Below are positions 37,713 to 52,327 of a stretch of DNA of 64,000 bases, piece after piece. Source of the DNA: Heteronotia binoei (lineage: Eukaryota). Location: the NCBI RefSeq assembly GCF_032191835.1, contig NC_083238.1, positions 27,156,001 to 27,220,000 of the forward strand, given 5' to 3'. The first letter of the stretch is position 1. Every line of letters starts with the position of its first letter. A program made the position numbers and the translations under genes. Below the pieces are notes generated by a model that was given only the letters and a program-made list of their open reading frames with translations, did no database searches and had not been told where the DNA came from.

Positions 37713-40340
37713 TATGTTCTTACTTTCTGAGGCTTGTTTGCAAAATGTCTCCACAATGCTTTTCCTCTATGCAACACAAAACACGGGAACATCACAACGC
37801 TGAACAAATTGATAGTATGTCGCATTACTGGCTTGCAACAGTATTTCTTGGCCATTTTGGACAGTATGCAGAGGCAAACAAACAACAAAAAAGTCCTGGC
37901 TCTACTCGACCCTTCTGGAATTCTGACCACTCCACTACCTCAGGGTATTCTGCCACTCCTGTCCCTTCTTTGGGCTCTGGGTGGGTGGGACAGCCTCCTA
38001 ACCTTACTCTGGTGTCACTAGGAACCTGCCACAGGACTTCCCAGGAGCCTTTGGGGCTCTTCTGGAGAGTTGGCAGCTGGCCATTTTATCACTTTTCTTC
38101 TCCCTAAGGATTCCCTAATCCACTCCTAGTGTTTCCAAGTGGTTGAGGGAGCTGTGTGGTACAGAGGGACTTCATTCCTTTAACATCAAAGCATTTTATT
38201 TAAAATCACATACAGGCATATCAGAAGTGTATGGAAGAAATAAATAATGTGAACAAAAATGCTTCATCTCTCTCCCTACTCTAAACTCATGCCCTATCTA
38301 GGTGGTACGCAGGGCAGGTACATTACTTCATTATTCTGGGGTAAATTGGTCAAACATATCCTCCCAAAATGGCCCCAGAGCAGGTTATACCTGCCTCTGC
38401 CTCTTGGAAGCTTCAGCCAATCGGCCAACTGGCTTCCTGCCCAAAAACTCAATAATATAAACAGCAGTTCTAGCCCAGGAACTGGTTCTTTCTCCTGCAG
38501 CATTCTGGGGCAGATCTCATAATTTTGATGGATTTTTTGTCCTCTCTTGGAGTTGCCCTCAGATTACTCGTTGGAAACAGGAGGGGAGGGATTAGGAGGA
38601 AACTAGGCCAACTACCCCACCCTCCCCAGCATCTACCCACAAATTTCCTAGCCTGGAATACCAAGCCCTAATTCCATTTGCGGTATCATTTGTCTGCATC
38701 TAACTTCCATCTTTGTTTGCAGTTCAAAAAAAAATTGGCACTGAGTTTCTCTTCTTATTTCTACTGCAAAAATACTAACCACAGCATTCTTGTCATTTTG
38801 TATATAGAGAGTTCTGTGGTGAAGAAAGCAAAAAAAGCCACAATCCAAATGGTTTAGAATAGCCCAGTCATGTCTTTAATTGGTCACTAGATGTCACCCC
38901 ACAATCATGTCAGATTGCACACTGTGTGTGTCATGTTCTCTTTGACTAGAAGCTGTATTCGGTATTACATTTTGAGGAGAGATTGGTATAAAAGCAGTTC
39001 TGTTCAGTACAAGATGATGTTTTGTGGGTGATGTTACATGGAGCAATGTATCTTACTGTTTGTTCCTGACATCCAGATTTTACAAACAGCACCAGTAAAC
39101 CAGAACTCATATATATCTGATCAGCATTTTTTATTATATCTTATTTACTTATTTAGCATCTAGTCCAAGATAGTCTAATCTTGTCAGATCTCAAAAGCTA
39201 AACAGGGTTGGCCCTGATCAGTTTTTGGATGGGAGACCACCAAAGAATACCAGGGTTAGTATGCAAAAGCAGGCAATGGCAAACCATTTAGGCCATCTCT
39301 TGCTTTGAAAACCATACAAAGTCACCATAAATCAGCTGCAAGTAGATGGCATTTCCTACCACCACAGTAGCACCTTACAGACCAACGAGATTTTCAGGGT
39401 ATAAGCTTTTGGAGAAACCTTAAACCCCCGAAGTCTTATTGTTCTCTGAGATGCTACTGGACTTGATTCCAGCTCAGCTACCGCAGACCAACATGGCTAC
39501 CCTCTGAAATGATTAGATCTTTATATCCCACTTTTCCCGCCATGGGGACTCAAAGCAACTTACAGCATTTGTCGCTCCCTCTCCCCCATTTTAACTTTGC
39601 AACTACTTCTGTGGTAGACTAGGTTGAGGGTGCTTGGCACAGGGTCACGCAGAAGGCTTCCAAAGTGCAGATTTGAACCTGGGTCTCCCAGATCCTAGTC
39701 CATTACTCTGACCACTACACCACACTGGATGTTGACGGTATGTTCTTAAACTGTTTTGTTTTGTTTATTGGCTGATACTTTAATACAAGCCACTGTCAAG
39801 CCACTGGACTTAACAGGGGGTAAAAGATAGAGAAAGCATATTTTACAGCCTGCCATTCTTCCATGACAGTTCACGGAAGGTCTCCCATTCCAAGCCAAGC
39901 CAATACACCATTCTATGTAGCTTCAGAAGAGCTGCCTTCTAACTCACTTGGAATAGTCCAGCTGTTTTTGCAGATCGTGGATATGATCCAGCCAAGATTA
40001 AGTACATTGCAGTCCCATTCATTTAAATGGCCATTAAGTGTACAAGTCTCTATCATCCAGGGTGTCATTGGTGGGGCTTGGAAGTCCTTGCCTATGGTTG
40101 GCTCATGTCCAATTTTTTTGAAGCATCATGAAGCAGGATGGAAGTTTAGTCCATGGCATCAGTGAAGGCTGTCAAACATACAGGTGCCAGGTGAGTTCAC
40201 ACAAACAGATTGGAGATATTCTGTATAGAACAATATACAGTAGCTAGATCAGAATAGTTAGCCTGCAATATATCTAGACATATTGTTCCTTAATAGTTGA
40301 ACTTCGTTTCCCAAACATCACAGTACAGCCCTGAGTTTGG

Positions 40341-40622
40341 GAGAGCAAGTTTGGTGTAGTGGTTAAGTGTGTGGACTCTTATCTGGGAGAACCAGGTTTG
40401 ATTCCCCACTCCTCCACTTGCACTTGCTAGCATGGCCTTGGGTCAGCCATAGCTCTGGCAGAGGTTGTCCTTGAAAGGGCAGCTGCTGTGAGAGCCCTCT
40501 CCAGCCCCACCCACCTCACAGGGTGTTTGTTGTGGGGGAGGAAGGTAAAGGAGATTGTGAGCCGCTCTGAGACTCTTCGGAGTGGAGGGCGGGATATAAA
40601 TCCAACATCTTCTTCTTCTTCT
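40341..40622 (+). mobile_element. Squam3-like SINE
   Basis: A/B boxes, (TTC)n tail. Confidence 0.85.
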
Positions 40623-41577
40623 GAGTATACCTCCCCTGGGGGTAAACCCCATTGAACAGATACTGAGTAGTCCTATAAGAGACTGATAACCCTCCTCCAA
40701 ACTAGGCTTTTTACAGGGCATTTCACACTAAGGCTGCTAATTTCCAAACGTGTGCCTGGAGTTGTCGTGGAATTACAACTGATCTCCAAAGCACAGGGAT
40801 CAGTTCCCTTGGAGAAAATGGCAGCTTTGTAGGGACGACTCTATGGCATCGTATCTCTGCTGATCATCCTCCCCAGGCTCCGCCTCCAAACATCCAGGAA
40901 TTTCCCAATCTGGAACTTCACATTTGGCCACTAATTATAATGCCAGATGCCATAGTAGACAAAATGGCAATCAATGAGCCCGTGGCCAGCAACCCCCCCC
41001 CCCCCTACACACACAGATTTTGAAAGCTGTTGGGAAGGACACCAGTTATATTGGAGCTACAGCATAGCTTTTCTCCTTGATTGTGTGGATTTAAATTACC
41101 CCCACTGAAAAACGTTTTTCCTGACTGGGCAAAACAGCAGTTTTGGAAGGGTGATTTAATCAACTAACTGGTGCAAGAAAAGGGGTTATATACCCCCTCT
41201 CCCTTAACACTGTGGTCCTGATTCGGTTCAGGGGCAGCTATGACTGCTTTTAACATATTAAAAAAAATTCAGGAGCTCTTAGCCTCTAGTATTGTTGGTA
41301 TAGTAAGAATAGAAACAATAAGAAGTGTATGGTTATGGTCATAAATACAACTCTCCACTTTCCATTTAATCCCTCCCCATCTTAGACATACAGACTTCCT
41401 CCTCCACCACCTCCCGATCTTCTTTGGTTATTCCGCGTAGTGATTTTACTGCTTCACAACTAGATTTAATTTTTTGAAAAAGAAAAGTGTCATGAAAAGA
41501 CCTTCCGGCCTTGGCCTTTTCTTGAATCCTGAGCCCTAAATCAGACTCTGTGGCCAAGGATGTGTAAATCCTTAAAA

Positions 41578-41853
41578 GAAGAAGAAGATATTGGATTTAT
41601 ATCCCGCCCTCCCCTCCGAAGAGTCTCAGAGTGGCTCACAATCTCCTTTACCTTCCTCCCCCACAACAGACACCCTGTGAGGTGGGTGGGGCTGAGAGGA
41701 CTCTCACAGCAGCTGCCCTTTCAAGGACAACCTCTGTCAGAGCTATGGCTGACCCAAGGCCATGCTAGTGGGTGCAAGTGGAGGAGTGGGGAATCAAACC
41801 CGGTTCTCCCAGATAAGAGTCCGCACACTTAACCACTACACCAAACTGGCTCT
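41578..41853 (-). mobile_element. Squam3-like SINE
   Basis: Family similarity. Confidence 0.85.
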
Positions 41854-44800
41854 TAGGAGGTAGGCAGGGCCCCTTTAAGATCCAGGTTGCTAGGCAAAGT
41901 GTCTTTAACTCCCTTCACCTGCAGAGATGTTGACTGGGCCTATGTGGAATTGATAAAGTGTTACACCTGGACTTAATTGCTGTGACAGCTAGTAATCTAA
42001 TGGAGCTGTCAAAATCTAAGATCTGTCAAGTCATCTGGTAATTAGATCACGGTTCCCATTGGTAGTCCGGAATACCAATGGAGGCCAGGGATCCTATAGC
42101 AAGGTATCATTGGAAGGTTTGAGTGCGGAGGGGTGTGGAATGGAATAGGTTTGTTGCTACACCATTCCCTTTGGCCATTCTCCAAAGATGACAAAGTGCT
42201 GTCGGATGAAGAGATAAGGCTATCGTCCCACATGGTAAATTTCTGCCTGTCCAATTACTGTTCAGTTAGTTATTTATATAATGCTTTTAAATGATTGTTT
42301 TAAACCCTTGACTACTTTTTGTTATTTAATAAAAAGCCTTAACCTTTTTCTAGTGCTATTTTTGTGTGCTGTGCATTAGAGTTCTTTAGGAATTCAGTGA
42401 CCTTTGACCACGGCTACATTCTGTCCCAACCAGCTTTGGGTGCGGTTGCAGCCTCTAACTGATCTTCCTTGCAGGGTTGCTGGTTTTAACTCTAGTGTAG
42501 CAAGGTGGGGTTTCTCCTTTCTCCCTCCTGGGTGTTAGCTGTAAAGGAATGGTGGCAGACTACCAAAGGCTGTGTGTTACACCAGCCTGTGTTTTCCTAA
42601 ATAGCTTCCTGACTGGGCTGGGTGTTGAAGGCTGAGGGCAGAGTAGCTAGGAAATAGTTAAGAACCCCTTCCGTGACTTCCCAGCACAGAGGTGCCTAAA
42701 TCTTAAAGGCAACCCTGTTAGTGTGAATAAATAAAGGGGGGTGCTGGGGTGAGTCATGACAAAATTCCCTTTCATTTTTCAGACTCCAGACATCAGGCTA
42801 GACTCAGAAATGAGTCAGATTTTGAATCCATGTGCTCAGAGCTGCAAAAGGCCCAGAAATGTACAAATGCTACTTACATCTTGCCAATATATGACATTTC
42901 AATTATGCCCTTAGAGTCTAGGCTCACTTAGAGCGATAGTGTGCCTATCGGCCATTCCCCTTGCATGTCCTTTTCTGTCATCCTCTGAGCTTGTCACTGT
43001 ACGTCAGCGTGAGACTGTAACTGTAGCCCAAATCATATTCTTGCCTTCTTGTTGGCTGTATTGCATATATTCAATGTGATGACTCCAGAATAGCTGACAC
43101 TGCCTTTATTCAAGGCAGGAAGGAAGGAGATTTACCAAGGTAATTACAGAACTGCTTGTTTCAGTTCACTGGCAAGTTAAGACCCTGGGACACATAGGAA
43201 AACTTTGCGATGTCAGGTAAAATAACAAGCTGGATATAAGGTAACATAAGAGTGCCAGGCTAATCTGATACCATGTTTGTTCAGCAGACAAAGAAAAGTT
43301 GTCTACACCGCAAGCATAGTTACACCTTTCTAATGGACTTAGAAGGGTGAAACTTTATTTAGAACTACACTGCTACTCTACTCAGGGCTTTTGTTGTTGT
43401 TCTGGAAAAAGAGGTCCCAGAACTCTCAAGAAGGAAATGAAGGAGCAATATATGGGTGCCCCTCATGAACTTTTAAACATTATTTGAGAATTGTTTCCAC
43501 AAAGAGGTTCTGGAACTCTGTTCCACCACATTCACCCAGAAAAAAAGCCCTGACACGGATGTAGTATTGTATATAGAGTAAAATTTAGAGTGTCAGACGA
43601 GGACCTGGGAGACCCAGGTTTGAACCTCCATTCTGCCATGGAAGGTTGCTGGGTGACCTTTGGCCAGCCACATGCTCTTCTCCTAACCTACCTCACAGGC
43701 CTGTTGTGAAAGTAAACCAGAGGGCAGAGAATAAAGTGAGGTATAAAGATCTAAATAAATAAATACATAAAATTAAAAGTGTTAATCAAATTATATACAA
43801 TTTAGGGTTTACTGGCCCAATTTGTAAAATCTGGATGGTCAAAATGAACTGAAAGAGACATCGCTGAGGACAAAATGAAGGCTGTTCCATTGTAGGTCGC
43901 CGATGTAAAGTCCTTTGGGTCCCTATTGAGGAGAAAGGTGGAGTGTAAATGAAGTCAACAAATAAATAAAAGCATTTGGATGTGCCACAATAGAAATTAG
44001 CAGATGCTGGAAATACATTGTATCACTCTCTATAGTTAAAGACTGATTAAAAGGGGGGAATATGATAATTTTAGTTACAAGGCCAATGTGCAGGTTAAAG
44101 GCAAGAACAAGTGGGCTTAACTAGGATTCTTGTTGCCAGACGCAGGGAAGGGAACATTTATTGATTTCCTTCATTTATACCTCAGTTTTCTCCTCCATGA
44201 GGATCTAAAGAGCCTTTCGGCATTTTCTGCTTCTCCCTTTCACCCTCACGATCATCCTGACTGAGGGAATGTGACTGGCACAAGCTTTCATGGCAGAGTA
44301 GGGACTTGAACCCAGGTCTCCTGGATCCCAGTCAGGCATTCTAAACAACTACAACACACTGATAGTAGGTACGCAACCATGTCCTTTTGCAGTAAAATCT
44401 TCTCAGTACTCTTCACGGCTTCCTCACACGTAGCACTTAATGATAACCAGTCCTAGGGGTTACAGAGGCACGAATGTTTAACAGTCTCCCTACTTGATGC
44501 AGCCATTTCCCTCAGCCACTGTCAGAACTGAAGTTTCCAGGCTCTGGGATGAGTCACTGAGAGCCAGGATGGACAGGGATCTGGATCATGGCCAGCGCAT
44601 AGGAGTAAGGCAGGTAGGCAGCCACCCAGGGCAGCCCCTGACCTCCCCCCCATGTGTTGGGGGAGGAAGGTCAAGCCGTGGGTGGCGAGGGGGTTCTTGC
44701 CTGGGGTGGCAAAACCCCTAGTGCCGGCCCTGATCTGGATTCAGATCAGATTGGGGTTGCCAGGTCCAACTCTGGAAATACCTGGGGACTTTGGGGGTGG

Positions 44801-47243
44801 AGCCAGGAGACTTTTCCATGCCATTAAAAAAATACAGCAGTGCAATTCCCCTGAATAGTCTTCATTTCCTCATCTTTTTTACCTTCAAAGGCTTCCCCAG
44901 CAGCTGCATTTCCACTAAATGAAATTTGTCGTATCTCCACAAATCCCTTGCCATGACTTTATTAAGGGACAATCACACACTCACAAAACAGTCAAAATAA
45001 ACACAGTTCACAAGCTCACACTTTGGGATCTCACTAGAGCAGTTTACTCACAGGAGTTGATGAATGTAACAGTCTGCTGTATTTCAACCAGCTTCTTCAG
45101 ACTGGAAAGTGAAAGCAAGGAACAAAGCTGTCTAAGGGGTGGAGTTTCCCTCCATTCCATGATCAGGTTCCAGTTTACTTTTTACTATTTATTTCACTAT
45201 GCAAATGACTTCTAAAAATGCAAACAAGCAGAAGAATTGTGCTCTCTTCCTTTCTCACAGCTTCACACACTGACCAGAAAGAGCCACATGGCTTTGCTTG
45301 CTTGCCCCGCCCCATCCAGCTTTCCTCCTACTGAGAATTAGGCACATACACCTTCCAAAGCACAAGCAGTTTCCAAGCTTTTTCTAAACCTGCTGAGATT
45401 TAAAGGCATATGATGGCTGTTGGGGCGGGGCTTCCCCCTGCTGTCCAATTGGAGACTGCAAAGCCAGGGGATTCCCCCACCCAGGCCTGCGGACTGGAAA
45501 GCCTAGATCAGATTCTTACTTTGCCATAAATAGGGATAGGAAAAGGGATGTTAAAATCTGCTTCAATCAAGATGGCCGCAGCATGGAAACACCTCAAAAC
45601 TGCATCCAGCATATGGTGTCTTGTTCATGTGCTGTTCAGTGGTAGTGCACCCAAGATATTTCTTTGAATTAAGGTCGGGGGCGGGGGGGGGGGGGAGGCG
45701 ATAAGCCGTTTTGATAATAGCTGGGGACTTTTTTCGGTTGTATATGGGAGAGGAGAAAAGAGATTTTGTCAGGAACACAAGGTTCCTGTGGGGCCAGGGA
45801 GATGTGCTGACTGTGCTACAGGTATCTTTCCACAGCGCATCTGCTCTGCTGGTAGCTACCGGCAGTCTTGTTTGCATTAGCTGCTATGTGGAGGAGAAAG
45901 ACCTTGATAATCATGCACTGAAATCCTGTGTGAGCTGAGACGGGCTTGGGTGCCTTTCAGCTGACTGTGTCTGTGATTCATTGATGTTAATCCCTGCAGC
46001 CTTGAAAATGTCACCTAAGATTTAAAATTCTGTTTCTGACTCTCTTCCCCATGCCTATTTTTTTCAAGGTCTTAATAGAACCAAGAGGATACATGAGTAG
46101 ATGGGTTTGTTGGAGCAGGATCCACATTGCCAGGTATTTGTGGAGTTGTGCATAAGAGCCTGTGCTTTGGACCTATGCAGCTCTGATTCTGTGGCTGGGT
46201 TCTGAGTAGCCATTTATATCAGGCACAGAATTCCACACTGCTTCTTAAAACTTAAATGACTATGGTCATCCAAGTGCAAAATAAGCTGCATCAATTTGTG
46301 AAGAGTATCAGATGCATAAATTGCTATTTTCTTCTTTTTTAATGCTAATTTTTATTTGTGCTAACCAAAAACGAAAAAGAAACTATATACACACACACAC
46401 GGCTTTTTTTTGAGCAGGAATGCACAGGAACGCCGTTCCGGCTGGCTTTGTATCAGGGGCTTAATATGCAAATGAGGTCCTGCTGGGCTTTTTCTACAAA
46501 AAAACCCCTGTGCAAAACAATGGTGACATTAGGGGGTGTGACCTAATATGCAAATAAGTTCCTGCTGGGCTTTTTCTACAAAAAAAGCCCTGTATACACT
46601 ACATCACCACATTTACACATGCACAATCATCTATCATGAACAAAAACAAAAGCACGGATGAAGAAATAGACCATCACTTATAATCATCTATTATAACTGA
46701 CTACTTTTTCTATCATTGTCAAACAGAGCTTGCTTTATTGCATAGATATTATATATATATTATATATAAATTTTCACTTTTAAAAAATATCTATATCCTA
46801 TCTTTTCATCCTTACTTCATATCTAACATTTCATCCTTTCAAACATGCATTACCTAATTCTGTCTCTTCATCAGCTATCTTCTTCTTTAGTATACATGGA
46901 AGGAGGCAGACAGGAAAAGTTAGGAACATGGCAATCCTATGCAGATGTACTCCAGTCAAGGCCTGTGGATTTCAATGGGCTTTGAATGGAGTAACTCTGT
47001 ATGGGACTGCAGTGTATTTCTGTGTATTTTAAGGAGAAGGTGACCTATTATCTATATGCACCCTTCACAACTGATATAATAAGTATGTATTTTATATTTG
47101 GTTCAAAATGTAGCATAAAGAAACTACCTAAAGGGTGCTTCATTGTGGGACCCATCAAACTGAGAACCTGCTTTAGCATAATTGTCTGAGGATTTTCTAT
47201 ATCAAATCAATGAATTCAAGGCCAAACCAGAACGGAGCAAGAG

Positions 47244-48195
47244 CAGACCCATAGCCAGAGGGTCCTGGGAGGGACACGGCTCCTCCATTCAACCCCTCTT
47301 AATGCTCTGTGGCCCCTCCGTTGGGCGAGACCCTATGTAGGGCCCCTCCATTGGAGGACCTCTAGAACCCACGGGAAAGGGTGGGCTCCATAAGGCTTCC
47401 TGGAAGCCCCCCCCCAAAGGCGACACGGGCGCGCAGTCCCACCAAGGCAAGCCCTTTCCTCTCTGTCGGGCTGGGCCATCCCTCTGCCTGCAGCAGTGGC
47501 AGGGCCTTCCCCTCGCAGCATCCCTTCCTCTGCTTATGGGCTGCAGCAGCCCCTTGCCTCTGCCTTCCCTTTCTCCCTCAAATCGCAGTCCTTGGCATGG
47601 TGGCACAGGTGAGGAGGAGGTGCACCTGGCTGGGTTGGGCAGCATGAATGCTGGGGGGGGGGGGGGCTCCCGCTCAGCCCTGGCCAAGCTACCTGGTGGC
47701 AGCAGAGGTGCTGGAAAAGCCAGGCAGTTTCAGCCAGGATGGAGCAGCGATCAAAGGCAGCACTTCCCCAAGCAGGAGAATGAGAGAGGCATCACTGAAT
47801 TAAAGATAGACGAGGTGGGGCTACTACAAAGTGCTTCCCACCTCTCTCTCTCGCCTCTCCCCATCCCTGCTGGCAGTGGTGCAACAAGGGCTTCCTCCTC
47901 CCCATCCTGCACATTGGACCTTATCTAAGGCAGCTTCATTCATGGAGGACCTCCTGCCTGAAGTCCCCTCTCAAATGCAGATCAGGAGGACTCATTTGAA
48001 TGGGAGCTGAGCTGCAGTTCTTCCCGGTGGGGCAAGGGGTGGGGTGGGGAGGTGGAATGGCTGTGTGTGCTTGCACGAAACACACAAAACAAGATCCTGG
48101 GCAAGTGGTGCCCCTTCCCCCCACTTTGGTGGCCCCCTCACCTGAACTTTTATCTCTTGGGCCCCTCCATCCAAGATTTTCGGGCTACGGCCCTG
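47244..48195. mobile_element. GC-rich non-autonomous hAT (CAGGGCCGTAGC-type TIR)
   Basis: CAGACCCATAGC...GCTACGGCCCTG; perfect TSD AGCAAGAG (47236-47243, 48196-48203). Confidence 0.8.
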
Positions 48196-48210
48196 AGCAA
48201 GAGTGCAGTA

Positions 48211-48895
48211 TAGGCTTGCCAATCTCCAGGTCCCAGTGGGGGTTCTCCCGCTTTTCCAGTCTCCTTCTCACCCCCAGTCAGCTGGTCAGTGGGGGGAAGC
48301 CCCACCCCCAAAGCCACCATGTGATTCTTTCCCCTCTGGAGGCTCCAGTCTCTGATTGGAAAGGCTTCCTTTTGGGATGGGCTGCCTGTGTTACTTGGAA
48401 GAAGTTGGCAGCAACTCGTGAGTAGAGAGGCCAATCCCTCGCTTCAGAGTCACCAGAAACAGCGGGGGGAGGGGGAGAGGGAGGGAAATGTCTGCTGAGC
48501 ACTTCATTATTCCCTATGTGGAGATCGATTCTTATAGGGTATAATGGGGAATTGATCTGGAGGTTTCAGGGGCTCTGGGGGAGCTGTTCTTTGAGGTAGA
48601 GGCACCAAATTTTCATTATAGCATCTAGTGCCTCTCCCCAACATACCCCCCAAGTTTCAAAACGATTGGACCAGGGGGTCCAATCTCTATGAGTCCCAAA
48701 AGAAGGTGCCCGTATCCTTCATTATTTCCTATGGAAGGAAGACATTTTAAATGGTGTGCTGTCCCTTTAAATGTGATGGCCAGAACTCCTTTCAATTATG
48801 CTTGTCACAACCTTGTTCCTGGCTCCACCCCCAAAGTCTCCTGGTTCCACCCCCAGAGTCCCCAGATATTTCTTGAATTGGACTTGGCAACCCTG
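48211..48895. mobile_element. Non-autonomous hAT, long variant (reverse orientation to 13064 copy)
   Basis: TAGGCTTGCC...GGCAACCCTG; TSD GTGCAGTA/GTGCAGGA. Confidence 0.85.
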
Positions 48896-50067
48896 GTGCA
48901 GGAGCACCTTAAAGATTTACAAAATTTGTAGCAGGGACCCTGCTGCAGGATATGAGCATTTGTAAATCACTGCTAAGAGTAATGACTCATGAAAGCTCAT
49001 ACCCTGCCACAGATTTTGTCAGTCTTTAAGGTTCTACTGCGCCCTTCCTGTTTTCTACAGCTATTAGGGTTGGTGGGAGCAGGGGAATCTCTGCTTTCCC
49101 AGGCTCTTGCCTGCCACTGGCCAACAGGAGAAACCCTGTCCCCAACTGACTTTTGGGGGGCTACTTCTGGTTTTGGGCCTACGTCTGGTTGGGGACAACA
49201 CTCTGTTTCTGGGCAAAACTCTATGGTTTGAAACCAAATTTACCATAAAGTTTTGTCCCAAAACCAGAGTGATCTCCGACTGGATGTCAGGAGACCCCGG
49301 CTGGCCAAGTAAGTCGACCTGGCAACCCTATCTGCTACAGACAGTCTAAATCTGATTGGGAATGTATTACTTCTATCCCATAAAAAGTCTGCCGTGAAAA
49401 TGTCATGATGCGACGTCACTCCAGAGTCAGAAATGACTGGTGCTTGCACAGGGGACTACCTTTACCTTTCTACCACTTTGCTTAGCGGAATTTGAAACCC
49501 TCCTCCGACTGAAGTGGAAGAGCTGCTTCCATTGGAGGAAGTTTCCTGAGGTTGGATGAAGGTTTCAGACTTCACTGAGCAGAGTCACAGGATTCAGGTC
49601 CATGTGTGGGACAGATTTCAGTTCAGTAGCACCTTAGAGACCAACAAGATTTTTGGAGTAGGATCTTCCAAGAGTCAAAACTCCTTTTGTAAGATACAAG
49701 TAGGAATGGAGATCCCCGAGTCCTTATCTCAGTCTGAAGGTGGGAGGAGTAGTGCAAAGAAAGGAATCAGGATGCAAAAAAGTACAGCGCAAAATATGAT
49801 TAGCTTGATTATAGCGTAGGCGAAATGCTTAGGGCAGAAAATTAACATCTGTAGAGAGATAAGAATCCTATGACCCTAGTAGGCCCCAGGTAGTACGTTG
49901 TTCTGAATCTGTGAATGGACTAAAGTTCAGCAATCTGAGGTTGACTTGTAACCTCCCCTTGAAGCTTCTCTGATGACTGCAATGGAAAATCTGAAACAGG
50001 TCTATACATGGTGTGGTCACTCTGACAAGCCTAGCACTCTGCTCCCTCAGCCTGGACGGTATGATAG

Positions 50068-50321
50068 AGGAGGAGGAGGAGGAGGAGAGAGCAGATTTAT
50101 ACTCTGCCCTTCTTTCTGAATCAAAGTCTCAGAGAAGCTTACAATCTCCACTGTGGTGGGGCTGAGAGAGCTCTCACAGCTGCTGCCCTTTCAAGGACAA
50201 CTATGAGAGCTATGGCTGACCAAAGGCCATTCCAGCAGCTGCAAGTGGAGGAGTAGGGATTCAAACCCAGCTCTCCCAGGTAAGAGTCCCTGCACTTAAG
50301 CACTACACCAAACTGGCTCTC
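50068..50321 (-). mobile_element. Squam3-like SINE
   Basis: Family similarity, (GAG)n tail. Confidence 0.8.
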
Positions 50322-50836
50322 CAAACCGACTCTAGAGACACCACTACCCAACACCTTCAGCGGAGAGGTTATGTTGTACTCATCATGGATGCCCTGAAGA
50401 CATCACCACAACTACAGAGGCAGCTAATTTGGAAAGCAGATTGGGATAGACAGGTAAGAAACCTGTCTATATGTGGAGGACCCACATAAGAAACCTGTCT
50501 ATCCCAAACCTGTCTATATGTGGAGGACCCATCATCTATAACACAGCCCTGCCCTGAAAAATGATATGGATATTGCAAGAGCTTTTCACAAAATGTACAT
50601 ACATGCTTAGCTGGGTATGTACAGTGCAGTTCTCCCCATAGTCATCACACAATTATCTACATGGAATAAATGGATGTTTCAGCTTCTGGAGTTATTTGGC
50701 TGCTCCGCCTCTCCGGTCTACATGAAAGCACCTATCGCTTCAAGTCAGGACTATCAATCAAAGTTTTCTATAGTAAGAGAAGGAAGGCACAGGTTAAAGC
50801 TTTTAATGTGTGTGGCTTTAAAATATAGTGTTCTGC

Positions 50837-51308
50837 TAGGGTTGCCAACCCCCAGTTTGGGACCGAAGATCCCCCAGTTTGGAGGCCCAGCCCTTCCCCC
50901 CCACTTCATGGTTATCAGAAAACGGGGGCAGGGGAAAAGGAAATGTCTGCTGGGCACTCCATTATACCCTATGGAGACCAGTTCCTATAGGTTATAATGG
51001 AAAATTGATCCAAGGGTATCTGGGGCTCTGGGGGGATGTTTTTTGAGGTTGAGGCACCGAATTTTCAGCAGGACATCTGGCACCACTCCTCAAAACACCC
51101 CCCCTCCCAAGTTTCAAAAAATTGGACCAGAGGTCCAATTCTATGAGCCCCAAAAGAAAGTGCTTTTATCCTTCATTATTTCCTGTGCGGTCCCCTTAAA
51201 TGTGATAGCCAGAACTCCCTTTGAAGTTTAGTTGTGCTTTTCACACCCTTGCTCCTGGCTCCACCCCCAAAGTCCCCAATTTTTTTTTAGTCTGACCTGG
51301 CAACCCTA
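50837..51308. mobile_element. Non-autonomous hAT, diverged short variant
   Basis: TAGGGTTGCC...GGCAACCCTA; flanks TGTTCTGC/TATTCAGC (6/8). Confidence 0.75.
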
Positions 51309-51459
51309 TATTCAGCTTGCTATATCGACGGGGGGAAAACAACTGTTGACATGTTCCTTCTGTTAGTAACTATTAGATAAAAAAAAAAACCCGAACAAAC
51401 CCTAGTTACTAAAAAGCAGCACACTTCTCTTAATCTTAATTTCTTAATCTTTTCTTAAA

Positions 51460-52327
51460 GAGAGCAAGTTTGGTGTAGTGGTTAAGAGTGGCAGACCCAA
51501 ATCTGGGAAAACTGAGTTTGAATTCCCCACTCCTCAACATGCAGCTGCTGCTGTGACCTTGAGTTAGTCACAAGTTCTCTCAGAGCTGTTCTGCTCAACA
51601 GCAGTTTTTCGAGAGCTCTCTCAGCCCCAGCTACCTCACAGGGTATCTGTTGTGGGGAGGGGAAGGGAAAGAAGATTGTAAGATGCTCTAAGACTCTTGA
51701 GTGAAGGACAAGGTATAAATCTAATTTCTTCTCTTTATCTGAGCAAAATATGATGAGACCTAGTGTTGCAGAGTGGTTAGAGTTCTGCACTCAGATCTGA
51801 GAGACCCAGGCTCCAATCCCCACTCTGCCATGAAAGCTCACTGGAGCTGGGTCACCTTAAGATAGTCACCGTCTCTTAGCCCAGCCTATCTCACAGGGTT
51901 GTTGCTGTGAGGAGAAAATGGATGAGGGGAAAAATTCTGTAAATTGCTTTGGGTCCTCTTGGGAATAAAAAGCAGGATATCAAAACCCAAGTAGATAAAA
52001 TCACTCCTTTTTGAGCATCTCTTGGGGACGGAACTGACTGCCGCAAAGCTGAGCCAGTTTGGTGTAGTGGTTAAGTGCGCAGACTCTTATCTGGGAGAAG
52101 CAAGTTTGATTCCCCACTCCTCCGCTTGCACCTGCTGGAATGGCCTTGGGTCAACCATAGCTATCGCAGGAGTTGTCCTTGAAAGAACAGCTGCTGTAAG
52201 AGCCCTCTCAGCCCCACCCACTTCACAGGGTGTCTGTTGTGGGGGGAGAAGAAATAAGAGATTGTAAGCGGCTCGGAGTCTGATTCAGAGAGAAGGGCGG
52301 AGTATAAATCTGCAGTCTTCTTCTTCT
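51460..52327 (+). mobile_element. Three tandem SINEs: Squam3-like 51460-51734, older MIR-like ~51760-52000, Squam3-like 52051-52327
   Basis: tRNA-like heads and CTCACAGGGT core; other old MIR-like copies at ~4018-4460, 39510-39730, 43560-43770, 44160-44360, 55440-55550. Confidence 0.75.

Noticed and set aside
38200-38800. Possible decayed L1 3' fragment on the minus strand (also ~41360-41560, ~46600-46870)
   Set aside because: Only vague peptide resemblance; too degenerate to call
42024-42761. Possible solo LTR (TGTCA...AATAAA...TGACA)
   Set aside because: No matching TSD and no second copy; cannot be supported without a database
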